A model generated the notes under the pieces. That model was not told where the DNA came from and did no database searches. It saw only the letters and a list, made by a program, of their open reading frames with translations. A DNA stretch of 63,927 nt, filler included, from Octopus bimaculoides (Eukaryota), in NCBI RefSeq assembly GCF_001194135.2. It is 7 parts of 7 records of this genome, joined end to end, with 100 filler letters (N's around TTAATTAATTAA, not from the genome) between each part and the next. Parts side by side here need not be neighbours in the genome. Positions count along the whole stretch, not along the records: positions 43,574 to 51,904 come from NC_069002.1; positions 52,005 to 58,446 come from NC_069006.1; positions 58,547 to 59,872 come from NW_026345633.1; positions 59,973 to 62,548 come from NW_026353263.1; 3 more parts are not named here. One strand, given 5' to 3'. Shown here in pieces: positions 49,134 through 62,222 of this stretch (the stretch's first letter is position 1; each line of letters starts with the position of its first letter). The translations under genes and the position numbers were made by a program.

Positions 49134-49986
49134 TCTGTATGTTTCGGGCTTAAAGGTCCATCTTCAGAAGAAAAAACAATCTAAGAAAAGTCCAATTATG
49201 TAGAATCCGTTAATCCACTCCAACGCTTCAGCGTTTATGTAACAGCAGCAGTCGCTCTCCAAACGTAGGTGTAATCGACGTGCCACACGTTGGTGTAAAC
49301 AAATAACAAACACCCAGCTGTTGCTGTAAGCTACTCACCATTTGAAGTATGACGGCGTATTAGCCCTTTAAGTGTTGCCGGCTGTTTGAGTGTTGGTGTA
49401 AATAAATCACGGCTGCTGTTGTAGGGCATTTACCATCATTGGACACTGTCATAAGATCCACCGCCTCAACTCCGATCGACCGTCCATTTCGGGTTGAAGT
49501 GGTGGATCAGCAAAGCCTCTTTTATAAATAAATTACCGATGTTATGGTCAGAGGCTAGAATGGATTTTTATCCCTTAGTGGTGCTGCCACATCTAGTCAG
49601 GTGTTTGCGAGAGGAGGACACGCTGGTGGTGAGATGCTCCAACGCAAACACCTATCAACGAGGTGGACATGGGAAGTACAACAGTCCTGTACCCTAACGA
49701 ACTGTCTCATTTGCTTACGCACGTGCGTGATATTCCAAATATGATGTTCCAAATGGGGCAACCACAACATCGGTAGCACAACACGACCACTCCACGTCCG
49801 AATTAAAGAGCAGCTTAATATCTGAGATGTACACGTTCGACTCCCATAGCTGCCTGCTAGCAACTTTTTCCGTCTTATAAGAGTAAATACCCAATCATTC
49901 TCTGCTGTTCTTACAGCTTAACTGCGCTCAAAATTATTTTTTGTCTGTAAAACACCAAACACATTCGACGTTTCCAAAGTTTGATT

Positions 49987-49990
<4 letters not shown>
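49134..49990 (-). mobile_element. Decayed PLE 3' part (GIY-YIG C-terminus plus hammerhead-like tail)
   Basis: Minus 49640-49470: EHLTTSVSSSRKHLTRCG...SILASDHNIGNLFIKEALLIHHFNPK. CTGAAGA...GAAAC at 49141-49167. Confidence 0.55.
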
Positions 49991-50032
<42 letters not shown>

Positions 50033-50567
50033 NNNNNNNNNNNNNNNNNNNNNNNNNNNNNNNNNNNNNNNNNNNNNNNNNNNNNNNNNNNNNNNNNNNN
50101 NNNNNNNNNNNNNNNNNNNNNNNNNNNNNNNNNNNNNNNNNNNNNNNNNNNNNNNNNNNNNNNNNNNNNNNNNNNNNNNNNNNNNNNNNNNNNNNNNNNN
50201 NNNNNNNNNNNNNNNNNNNNNNNNNNNNNNNNNNNNNNNNNNNNNNNNNNNNNNNNNNNNNNNNNNNNNNNNNNNNNNNNNNNNNNNNNNNNNNNNNNNN
50301 NNNNNNNNNNNNNNNNNNNNNNNNNNNNNNNNNNNNNNNNNNNNNNNNNNNNNNNNNNNNNNNNNNNNNNNNNNNNNNNNNNNNNNNNNNNNNNNNNNNN
50401 NNNNNNNNNNNNNNNNNNNNNNNNNNNNNNNNNNNNNNNNNNNNNNNNNNNNNNNNNNNNNNNNNNNNNNNNNNNNNNNNNNNNNNNNNNNNNNNNNNNN
50501 NNNNNNNNNNNNNNNNNNNNNNNNNNNNNNNNNNNNNNNNNNNNNNNNNNNNNNNNNNNNNNNNNNN

Positions 50568-51796
50568 TGGACACATTAATGGAAAACACCTAGCATCATA
50601 GCATCATAATTTTGAAATATCTACAAAACCGTCAAAAGCTTGTTTATTTTTATGCTTTTTGATTTATTATTAGTATTGCTTAATATCTTTTGCTAAAATT
50701 GCTGTTTCTTTTCAGATATCATCAGAAAAATGTAATTAAGATTCATTAAAATGACAGATCTATCGAACTTACAACGAGGTCAAATTGTTAGTGCTAGTAT
50801 GGTAGGCTCTAGTGTAACGAAAACAGCCGAAATATTTGGTGTATCAAGAAGTACTGTCTCGAAAGTAATGACAGAAAGGAGAAACCTCCTCGTCGAAACA
50901 AAACTCCGAAACAAAACCAAAGCTTTCAGATAGAGACCGTCGGTCTTTTACGCGAATTGTTAGAAAAGATCACTAAAATAGTGCTTCCAAAATTACTGCG
51001 GTGCTTAATGACCACTTTGAGAACCCAGTTTTCACAAAATCTCTTCGCCGGGAGCTGCACAAAGCCGGATTTCAAGGGAGAGCGGCAATCAGAAAACCAC
51101 TACTTTCAACAACAAATGTTTAGAATGAAGTAAAAACCTACGGAATTGGTCCCAAGAGCAGCGGAAGAATGTTATTTTCTCGGACAAATCATCCTTTACC
51201 TTGTTTCTGACAACTTGCCCGAGTATACGTGTGGAGACAACCAAAAGATGCATTTTACCCAGACTGCCTTCTTTAAACTGTTAAACATTGAGGAGGATCT
51301 GTGATGATCTGGAGGGTTATATCTTGAAAATCCGCGGCTCAATGGTTTCCCTTCATGCCAGAATTAATAGTCAAGATTATTTAAGCATTTTATCTGATCA
51401 AATTCATCCTATTGTTGCGGAACTGTTTCCGGAGGGAAATGCAATCTTTCAGGATGATAATTCACCAATTCACACAGCTAAAGTTGGTACTGAATGGCAC
51501 GAGGAATATTCTAATGAAGTTGAAAATCTTATCTGGACACCACAGTCCCCAGATCTCAGTATTATTGAACATTTATGGCGCATTTTAGAAAAACAAGTAA
51601 GGAGTCGATATCCTCCACCATCATCACCACAAGAACTGGAGACTGTTTTAGCTGAAGAATGGAAACAATTCAAACTTTGTACGAGTCCATACCTGGTAGA
51701 TTTCAAACTGTAATTACTTTCAAAGGCGGTCCTACTCCATATTAAAATAAATTTGTTTGAAATTTAAGGTGTTTCTATTATTTCGTCCAACCCCTG
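50568..51796 (+). mobile_element. Tc1-family transposon with DD36E spacing (Incomer-like), decayed
   Basis: Right TIR aaggtgtttctattattttcgtccaacccctg+TA; left TIR partly in the gap (tggacacattaatggaaaacacct). MTDLSNLQRGQIV...; FSDKSSF; QDDNSPIHTAK...SPDLSIIEHLW with 36 residues between D and E. Confidence 0.85.
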
Positions 51797-52004
51797 TATG
51801 TTGGACCACTGAGCTCAACACCTTTTTCTCATTCACTCTCTGTTTATTTCGTCTTATTCCTTTCTGTCGAAGAGCGTAGGCTTGAGACGTAAACGACTTT
51901 TCCANNNNNNNNNNNNNNNNNNNNNNNNNNNNNNNNNNNNNNNNNNNNTTAATTAATTAANNNNNNNNNNNNNNNNNNNNNNNNNNNNNNNNNNNNNNNN
52001 NNNN

Positions 52005-52054
<50 letters not shown>

Positions 52055-52089
52055 AGAAAGGGAGAGAAAGTGAGTGAGTATGTGAAGGC

Positions 52090-53050
52090 AATTGAAAATT
52101 TATTGGAACAAAAAATTTAAAACCATTAAAAACGGTTTGGAGAAAAACGGATTCGGGAAAAGTTTTGAAAATTTTTTTGTCCAATCATTTGTGGTTCGTT
52201 AAATAAATTGAGAAGATAAAAGTGAAGCTGGACAATGAAATGTAATAAAAGTTTCAATTTGTTGGACAAAATGTCGGCTGGGAAAACAATATTAGGTGTT
52301 AATGATGAAATAAAGCCATGAAAGGTTGCAGGGGTACATCGTAAAGTGCAATCTATGCAGATATCGGTCACAGATTGGTAAATATGCAAGAAAAATCTTC
52401 TGTATTTATGTTGAAAATTTTGACAAAAGCTGAGAAACATTCTCTTCAAATAGAAAACAAATTTAGCTTTTATACTTGTCCAAAATTTAATCAATTTTGT
52501 TTTTATTCAGGATGAAATTTCGACTATTTCTAAAAACATTACGAAAGATATTTAACCCGGAAAACAAAGTTTGCCCGAAATGATAATGGAAAGATTTCCA
52601 GATTAGTTCAATGTCTTTGAGTAGGTTTTCCATTGATCCAGATAAGAATTTTGATCAGGAAAAGAAAAGCGAAGAAAATATTTTACTACAAAGAAAATAA
52701 AAACATTTCAACAATTTCTTTGATGGGCAAAAAAAGAAATGTGAAAATTCTCAGTTTGTCTGTGAAAAATGGTTGACCTGACAAAGAGAATTTAATGAAA
52801 AGAATTTGAAATTTTTCAAAGCACCAAAACTAGGCCCAGTGATTTGTCAGGAAGAAGGAATGAGGTCACCAACCAAACTACAAAATAAAATACCACAACT
52901 TCAAACTTACATTTGGTCGGCGAGAATGTTCAGAATGGTCACTTGGTGGCCTGGAATCAACAGGACATACTAAACCTGTAATGGTTGTGTGGAAACCGAA
53001 CTTTTTAAAAAAAGTTTTTCTGGAAAAAGCGAGTTGTCTCCTGAGATTCG
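52090..53050 (+). pseudogene. Highly decayed Gypsy pol remnant (RNase H to integrase zinc finger)
   Basis: KILTKAEKHSLQIE (cf. LTxAEKNYSQIE); SRFSIDPDKNFD; WWPGIN....TCNGC. Confidence 0.5.
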
Positions 53051-54125
53051 GCGTGGAAAATTACGTCAATACACCAAATTTTTAAATTTTCACTAAACTT
53101 TAACATTTCAACACGTGTAGCCATTTGGGTGCTTTTGTTGAGAAAGGCGACGTATTGGTGATTGTGGTAACGATGATGGTGGTTGTGGTGGATGTGTTTT
53201 AGGAACCAATGAAGTTATTGTGGTCTTCCATGAACAAAAAAAGATGAAAGAAAGGTCGGAAGTGTGTGTGAGGGAGAAGCTATTGGATGCTGAAGCTTCT
53301 AGTATGCACCTTATCTTAGGCATTGAGTACTTTTTAACCGTTCAATGGATGGCGTTCCGTCTGCGACCATCACATTTAACCAGACACAGTCTATCGTGGA
53401 CTGCTGCCTTGTGTGTCACTCATAGTTTAGACACGACATGGTGTAATTTTGATGAAAGTTTGGCTGCTGTTTCTAGCAGGTGGAATGGCCATGTAAGGAT
53501 TTTCCTCTCTTTTCTCGCCCTCTCCTCCTCCACTCCCCCACCACCTTGTTTCTTATCTTTGCAATCCCCTACATCGCAACGCAAGATGGAATGAATGTCG
53601 GTAGCGGGTGGTGGGGTGGGTGATAGGGGAGTTCACGGTTTGACTTAATTAGTCTCTCCTCCTCTTCCCGCTACTACTACTACCGTTACCGTCGTCACGG
53701 ATGGCTAATCTAATCTCCGTTAGATAGGGACGACGTTCTTTTTCTCAAACACCGGATCCCTACCACCACCACCACCACCACCACGGCTTCCCTCCCTACG
53801 AAACAACCCGGATGAAGATAATTGTTAGTCAAGTATCGCATTACAAATGGCGGCCCGCTTTTGTTTATCTTTTCTCCGTGTTCCTCCATAACACTTCTGT
53901 CCCTAAAATACAGCTGGAGTCTCGAACGGAAATAGGAAACACTTTACAACAATCATTATTTCTGTTTTTTTTTCTTTTTTTTTTCTGACTTGGTTTGTAC
54001 CACCCTAGCTACCGCCTCCCCCGTCACCCCACCCTTCCAATCATTTACCGTCGCCCACCCCCACCACTTTCTGAGTGTAGCTTCAACTATTACTAACGGA
54101 GATTAAAAGATATAAGATTGTGCGC

Positions 54126-54156
<31 letters not shown>

Positions 54157-54195
54157 TCTATCTATTTACTTACCTACCTAGACACACATTCATAT

Positions 54196-54198
<3 letters not shown>

Positions 54199-54274
<76 letters not shown>
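54199..54274. repeat. (GA)n microsatellite
   Basis: Direct reading of the sequence. Confidence 0.95.
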
Positions 54275-54277
<3 letters not shown>

Positions 54278-54575
54278 GTAACAGCTGGTAGTAACAAGCG
54301 GTCCCAACAACCACTTCACCTAGAAGATAAGACCGAGACCATTTTGTCATGTTGATGGACCTGAGAATTTTACTATACAAAATTCATATCCGTGACAACG
54401 CCATCGCCGGCCATTACCGTGAGGAACGACTGACTACACCATTTGTTCTGGAGTGTGTGGCCCATCACTTCTCTCCCTCCTTCTTCCGCTACTTTACTCT
54501 CCCCGCTTTTCGTTTTCTTTCTTTTCACATCTCCCTCTACAGACAGACAGACAGACAGACAGACACACACACACA

Positions 54576-54622
54576 CAAAATCTATTACAACAAAATCTAT
54601 AACAACAAAATCTATAACAACA
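54576..54622 (+). repeat. 15-bp minisatellite x3 (CAAAATCTATAACAA)
   Basis: Three near-identical tandem units. Confidence 0.85.
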
Positions 54623-55249
54623 AAAATGCCTGGACATGGTCACTCGATCCTTCAGAAATAGTAGTCAAATATCTCTCAATCTACAATCTGGTACTAATAA
54701 AGCAATGACACATTACATAATCACTTTTAAGTTTATAGAATTCCGATAGATTTCAGTCAGCAATGCAAGTTACGACATTTTATAAACGATTACGTCTATA
54801 TAAACAATGCTATCGGTAAAAGAAAAATAGGTGGTGGGTGTATATCCATATTTCGAGAGTATTGTCCTTTCATCAGCCCTACATCCAACCCATCAACTAT
54901 CTGCGAACGCGTTGCTTAAAACCCATTAAGTTTAGCGGTTGAATCTAGTGAGTACAGCTCACTGCTAACACAGAGTAAGATACAGTGTTGACTTGTAAAC
55001 CTTTAATACATTTGATGGTGTATCATAGTTACAAAACGAAATTCTGTGTCCACGCCATCAGTTAACATTACGTAATATATAGTCCAATCTAGACAGCATA
55101 TCTAACGGAGAAGACCAGCTCAGGTCTGAACAACAACAACAACAACAACAGCTGGTGCTGCTGCTGCTGTTACTACTACTGCTACAGGGAGCCTAAAATG
55201 ATGTTTTAATTTTTGCTTAATACTTTTACTTTAAACAAAAACGTGTGTG

Positions 55250-55286
<37 letters not shown>

Positions 55287-55494
55287 TTGATGATAAATGT
55301 ACTCGGCCTCATTACTCTGAGTTTAATGGAATTGGTCCACGTCTGTGAGGAATTCTCGCTCTGGGAGAAGAGAAAATTAATGATGGAGAAAATAGCAAAT
55401 AACAATTTGATTCAAATTATTTAAAAATATTGATCATTTTTCTATCATTTCTGTAATTATTTTCTCTCCCTAGGTCGTTATTAACATTTCATGG

Positions 55495-55496
<2 letters not shown>

Positions 55497-55547
<51 letters not shown>
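55497..55547. repeat. (ATT)n microsatellite (also 59225-59306)
   Basis: Direct reading of the sequence. Confidence 0.95.
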
Positions 55548-55548
<1 letters not shown>

Positions 55549-55764
55549 AGCTTTTGTTGTGGATGTCGTCGTTTTTCAGTTTGATGAATGTCTTACAATT
55601 TGCACATTAATGTAAATTGAGAGAATCCAGAAATTTCAGCAACTGAAACAATTTGAAAGAGTGTGTGTGTACCAGTATGTGTATACACACATATACATAA
55701 TGATTCATAATCTCAGTCTCTCTTACTGTTTTACACACACACACGTACACACACACACACACAC

Positions 55765-55808
<44 letters not shown>

Positions 55809-57130
55809 NNNNNNNNNNNNNNNNNNNNNNNNNNNNNNNNNNNNNNNNNNNNNNNNNNNNNNNNNNNNNNNNNNNNNNNNNNNNNNNNNNNNNNNNNNNN
55901 NNNNNNNNNNNNNNNNNNNNNNNNNNNNNNNNNNNNNNNNNNNNNNNNNNNNNNNNNNNNNNNNNNNNNNNNNNNNNNNNNNNNNNNNNNNNNNNNNNNN
56001 NNNNNNNNNNNNNNNNNNNNNNNNNNNNNNNNNNNNNNNNNNNNNNNNNNNNNNNNNNNGGGGGGGGGCGTGGAGAGGAGTGTTGAGAGGCGAGGAAAAT
56101 GATAGGAAAATGTCTCAATGACAATAAATGAATAAATAGAGAGATAAAAATATATCTGAGCAACACGAATAGAATTGTGTGGAGAAAATATATATAGCGT
56201 ATGTATATGTGTATAAATACGTTTGTGATTGTGCGTGGATACGTAACTGTATGTGTGTATAAGCAAAATGGAACGTCGAACGATTGTTTCATTTTTGATG
56301 AAGGTCGGACGAGAAATAATTATAAAACAGTTAATAACTCGGCTTGTTGCCCCGAAGACTCTATTTTCACGAGAATTAATGGGAAAAATAGCTTCCCCTC
56401 TTTAATTAGCAATAAGAAATGATGAATATTAATAAGAAATGAATATTAACGTCCAACCTACCTCACACACACATACATACACACAGATATACACGCGCGC
56501 GTTTGCGGTTTAAGCCAAAATAAAGAGAATGAAAATATGAGAATGCATCCTGTCTCGAACCTGCGACTCTCTCCATTGATTCTTCCCATCCAAACGGTAA
56601 ATATTCGGTGATGATTTAAAATAATTAATTTCTCTTGCGAACTCATTGATCTTAAAATACAAAATTATTAGATTTTCTTTGGAATAATCTCAGTTGAAGT
56701 TCGACCATTTTGTGGAGGATTTCTAAACAAAGGGGAGGTTCTGGGGCCTAATCGCAAGGAATTACTATCGAGACATAAACCAAATCAGAAATCTAGATGT
56801 TCTAAAACTATTGGCGTTGAGGACTGGTTCCGTACCAATTCTGATTAAACAACTAAAGTTATTCTAGCGTCGACCATCTTGTCTAATGTACTTCTCTTTT
56901 AAAAGCGGTTTGCGATTGGAGGGGAATTTGGTTGGTATTTCTAGATGATCAAGGGATCAAGTGAGAGCTCATGTGTTAGCCCGTGGTATTAAGACAACAC
57001 ATAAACTGACTTCTATCATGTCCATGCGGTCTTAATGCTTCTTGCTCTCAGTTATAACGAGACTTACGTTCAAATTCATTATGATCACACTTATATTCCA
57101 TGTTATTGTATTTAATGTTTATAATGCTTC

Positions 57131-57341
57131 CAAATTTTGGCACAAGGCCAGCATGCTCGGGTGAGGTGGGCATGAGTCGATTACATCGACCCCAGTGTCC
57201 ATCTGCTACTTAATTTATCGACCCTGAAAGAATGAAAGGTAAAGTCGACGTCGGAGAAATTTGAACTCGGAACGTAAAGACGGACGAACTGCCGCTAAGC
57301 AGTTTTGCCCAGTGTCCTAACGGTTCGGCCAGTTTGCGACC
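57131..57341 (-). mobile_element. tRNA-derived SINE (family of 43287)
   Basis: Reverse complement of the 43287-43472 sequence. Confidence 0.75.
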
Positions 57342-58024
57342 CTTTTTAATGTTTCTATTAACTGGTTTCATTAGGACAGACACAGGACATGACAGCGATG
57401 ATGAGGGACAAAGACCGCTGGAGAGAACCCGTCCATGGATCTCGGGAATTTTACCAACCCTAAATAGAGTTAGCTATCACGGTATTTAAAGTACAATGTA
57501 TTTATCAATGGAGCGACTATGAGCAGTGACGGGTGTTACGTTCCCAAACCCCATGCAGTAGGTGAAAATCCTCGAAATAGAAACAGTACTGTACTGTATA
57601 TAATTTTAAAATTATTTTTATAATTTGTATATATTTTATTATAAATGCAAAACAACAGCACAGAGGAATCGAGGTAAGCTTAAATGATAAACCGCAATAT
57701 AGTGAGGGATTGCTGTATGTATGTATGTATGTATGTATGTATGTATACACAGTGTGTGTGTGTGTGTATGCAACAGAACATGATTGATCTGGCCAGGCTG
57801 GTTATCTTTCCCGTGTTGTCAAAAGTACAGAAGTTGAATCGATAATTGTTGAGGGAAAAAAATGTATTTAAATCTAAGAAACGAGAAGTCTTGCGAAGAA
57901 CATTCGAAGCCAATCTATTGACACTTTTTCGGTTACTCAACTTCTCTTTCTTCTTTCAACGCCCTGTTTTTAATTTTCCTCTCGTTGTTCTTCTCATTAT
58001 AACCTTGCCAACCAGGAAGATGAC

Positions 58025-58057
<33 letters not shown>

Positions 58058-59223
58058 AGCACTAACCATTATAAATAAGATTTAAAAAAAAGAATCTCGC
58101 TTTCCATTCAAGCAGCTCACTGTCCGTTTGTATTCTGAAACTGGACCAAATTCTTCACTGTTATAAATAAATTTTAAATAGAATCTCAGATCTGATATTT
58201 CAGATCTGATGCATAAATTTCCTAAAAATGTGTCTCGTCGTCTTTTTTTTTTTTTTTACCGCTTCTATGATATATGGAGTTTTATTTTTATCTGACGTAC
58301 AACTTGTTTTATCAAACTTGCGTGATGTGTGTGTACGCATGTAGGTGGTGTGTACGCAGTGGGACTGAACCCGGAACCATGTGGTTGGGAAGCAAGCTTC
58401 TTACCACCCAGCCACTCATGCACCTACACACACACACACACACACANNNNNNNNNNNNNNNNNNNNNNNNNNNNNNNNNNNNNNNNNNNNTTAATTAATT
58501 AANNNNNNNNNNNNNNNNNNNNNNNNNNNNNNNNNNNNNNNNNNNNATAATGAATTAATCGAACAAAATCAAATTTAAAATTTAAATCTATACCACTATC
58601 GGTCAAATACGAAATCCTCTCTGTTTACATACGCTAACTTGCAATAGGGGGGTAACTCCTTGCCATATTCTATGACTATTACACCACTACCAATAATTAC
58701 TAAATCACTAAAACTTCTCTTATTTATTATTAATTATTCAAGATATATAAATTATCTTAGGGGCCACTGGAAAGCTACAATTACTATTGACAAATTTTAC
58801 ATTGATGTGCCTGCCTTAAAATCCAATATTATACTACATAGTACCATAAAATAGGAGCCAAAAAAAATTCAATTGCAATAGGAATAATTACTTCTAGGAA
58901 TTTTTTCAAAATCCACATGTGTTATATTTAATTTATATTTTAACATATTAATATTGTCTGCTATAATTATTATATTCTATGGACTCCATATTATAAATTA
59001 TAAACAATTCTCACCGTCAAGTTATACACTTATATAGTCTGCTTTAAGATCTAATAACACACTATATCGTACTGTACTGTACTACAACTTATAATTAACT
59101 CTTCATTATAATTAATCCATACTAAGTTGTGCCTAGATTTTAATGGAAAAATTCCAGCCGCTATTTATAACTTTAATATTTGATATTTAAATATGACCTG
59201 CCTTCATATCTAATATTATATAC

Positions 59224-59309
<86 letters not shown>

Positions 59310-59984
59310 TACAACCAGTTTCAATCTAGTAAACCTTCTCTTATAAACTGTCCAAATTTTATGCCGAAATATAGGATTGATCTTCATTATTAAAAATCAT
59401 ATTATTATTATTAACAGATAATTTAGAGAGTCTAAGTGAAATATTTTTAACAAAATCATCAATAATAATAATACTCCTAAATTATTACTACAATGTACTA
59501 TGGGTTATAGTCAATTTTCTATTATAATTGAACTCAATCCTCAAATGCCACTAAAATTCAAGTAAAGCCCACAACTGTTATTTGTACATTACATACTAAT
59601 GTATCCTATGTAAGGATCTAAATTTATCTTATAATTTGGTATATATTATATCTAATCTTAAACTAACATGGGAATCTATACCATATTATCTTAAAAGGAT
59701 TTTACAAAATCCTTGCTGCCATTATTAAATTATATTAGTATGATCTGTCTATGGACTAACTGCTATGGTAAAATCCATTATAACACCTTGTCATATTTCA
59801 ATTTTATTTACACCAACGAAAATATGTCTTAAAATATGTGTACATTTCAGAGCATTATTTGTTAATTTATTTNNNNNNNNNNNNNNNNNNNNNNNNNNNN
59901 NNNNNNNNNNNNNNNNTTAATTAATTAANNNNNNNNNNNNNNNNNNNNNNNNNNNNNNNNNNNNNNNNNNNNTATATATATATA

Positions 59985-60290
59985 TATATTGTACAAGCTA
60001 TGTACAGGAATGCTGCCTGTAAGGATTTGGGTTGGCAACAAGTACAGCAATGAATTCAATGTAGGGGTGGGAGTTCACCAAGATTCAGTTCTCAGCCTCC
60101 TCGTGATTATTCTAGTCCTCCAGGCCTTAACAGGCGAATTCAGGACCGACTGTTCCTGGGAGTTCCTTTATGCTGTTGACTTTGTTCTTATAGCTGAATC
60201 ACTACCTGACCTAGAGAAGAAATTCCAGGTGTGGACGCAAGTCTTAGAATTGAAGGGCCTTAGAGTTAATTTTCCAAAAACCAAACAAGA
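59985..60290 (+). mobile_element. RTE-clade LINE RT fragment
   Basis: VGVGVHQDSVLSLL...EFLYAVDFVLIAES...GLRVNFPKTK (degenerate YADD). Confidence 0.8.
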
Positions 60291-60624
60291 AGAATATTTG
60301 GGCCTTTTACGGACAGGTTAAATGCTAAAGGGTTAATCACCTAGAAATAGCAGCCAAATTGCACTCAGAATGTACAACATAGATGCAGGCATAGCTATGT
60401 AGTAAAGAAGATTGCTTCCTGACCATATAGTTCCAAGTTCAGTCCCACTGCATTGTACCTTGGGTAAATGTCTTCTACTACAGCTCCAAACTGACCAAAG
60501 TCTTGTGAGGGGATTTTGCAGACAGAAACTGAAAAAAGCCAGTCATATACATACATACATACATACATACAGATATGTATATATGGTGGTTGTCTACTCC
60601 TTATGCAGAGTTTGACCGCCTCCT

Positions 60625-60830
60625 GTGCCTACACCTTAGAGCCATCATGGCATCTGATGTGATTTTTTTAAACCAGACATAGTATTGAAAAGACACCCAC
60701 ATAGGTCGCATATCTGATTTGGACCACCAAGAGCTGCAGTTAAGTTCTGATGTTTGTGGTTCTTAAAATGTCTTTTGAGGCCTCCATTAGATTTGCAAAC
60801 CTTATGGCATACATGGCATTGAAAGGTCAT
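60625..60830 (-). pseudogene. Tandem C2H2 zinc-finger fragment
   Basis: FQCHVCHKVCKSNGGLKRHFKNH...CDLCGCLFNTMSGLK(frameshift)SH. Confidence 0.65.
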
Positions 60831-60833
60831 ATA

Positions 60834-62097
60834 TTGGGTTTTCCGGAAAGTTCATGCCAAAATATAGTAGCTTACCTTTCGACTTATTTTAGAACATGGT
60901 TGAGTCCATAAAATAGGATTTGACTACACCTCCAGTTAGAGCACAGTTTAAGCTATCTTTTCGTGGAAGAAGGTTTATGTTCCTATAACCTGTGTTAATT
61001 CTGTAACCTTTTAATATGGAAGATAAGAATGTTCATTTTCGGCACTTGATGCTTTTCTTTTTCCGTAAAGGGGAAAATGCCCCACAAGCAACCAAAGAAA
61101 TATGCGCAGTTTACGGTGATGTTTCTTTATCCGAAAGAACTGTACGGAAGTAGTTCACAAGGTTCCGAGCTGGAGATTGTAGCCTTATTGATAAAGAGCA
61201 ATCAGGCAGACCATCTACTACAGATGATGACCAAATCAAGTCATTAACTGNNNNNNNNNNNNNNNNNNNNNNNNNNNNNNNNNNNNNNNNNNNNNNNNNN
61301 NNNNNNNNNNNNNNNNNNNNNNNNNNNNNNNNNNNNNNNNNNNNNNNNNNNNNNNNNNNNNNNNNNNNNNNNNNNNNNNNNNNNNNNNNNNNNNNNNNNN
61401 NNNNNNNNNNNNNNNNNNNNNNNNNNNNNNNNNNNNNNNNNNNNNNNNNNNNNNNNNNNNNNNNNNNNNNNNNNNNNNNNNNNNNNNNNNNNNNNNNNNN
61501 NNNNNNNNNNNNNNNNNNNNNNNNNNNNNNNNNNNNNNNNNNNNNNNNNNNNNNNNNNNNNNNNNNNNNNNNNNNNNNNNNNNNNNNNNNNNNNNNNNNN
61601 NNNNNNNNNNNNNNNNNNNNNNNNNNNNNNNNNNNNNNNNNNNNNNNNNNNNNNNNNNNNNNNNNNNNNNNNNNNNNNNNNNNNNNNNNNNNNNNNNNNN
61701 NNNNNNNNNNNNNNNNNNNNNNNNNNNNNNNNNNNNNNNNNNNNNNNNNNNNNNNNNNNNNNNNNNNNNNNNNTGCAGCTCGGATGGGATGTGTTACCCC
61801 ACCCTCCATATTCACCAGATATTGCTCCTTCGGATTTCCACTTATTCAGGTCTCTGCAGAATAGTCTTAATGGTAAAAATTTCAATTCCTTGGATGACGT
61901 AAAAAGATACCTTGATGAATTCTTTGCCATGAAACCACCTCAATTCTGGGAAGAGGGTATTTTCAAGTTAAAGGAAAGATGGAGATGCATTGTGCAACAA
62001 AATGGTTCCTATTTGGTTGATTAAAAATGTAATGGCAAGTATTTATTGACCTTTTTCTTTCCTTTAAAAATTGGCACAAACTTTCCGGACAACCCAA
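60834..62097 (+). mobile_element. Mariner (Mos1-like), full span with internal gap
   Basis: TIRs ttgggttttccggaaagttcatgcc / ggcacaaactttccggacaacccaa with TA on both sides. MEDKNVHFRHLMLFFF...; PHPPYSPDIAPSDFHLFRSL. Confidence 0.9.
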
Positions 62098-62222
62098 TAT
62101 AAATACATATATGTATGTATATACATACATACATACATACATACATGCAAGTATACGAACATACATACATAAAACATACATACACACATACATACATACA
62201 TGCGTGCATACATGAATACATA

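Noticed and set aside
51864-51897. Hammerhead-like CTGTCGA-AGAGC-gtag-GCTT-GAGAC
   Set aside because: Two core positions deviate and stems I and III are unsupported in this copy.
57370-58030. Short peptide-like stretches as host exons
   Set aside because: No convincing splice context or homology; they resemble decayed RTE 3' ends.
58545-59870. AT-rich segment, and a similar one at 47.7-48.3 kb, with faint CR1/L2-like peptides (e.g. IISNLKLTWESI)
   Set aside because: Too degenerate to call by eye; needs a profile search.
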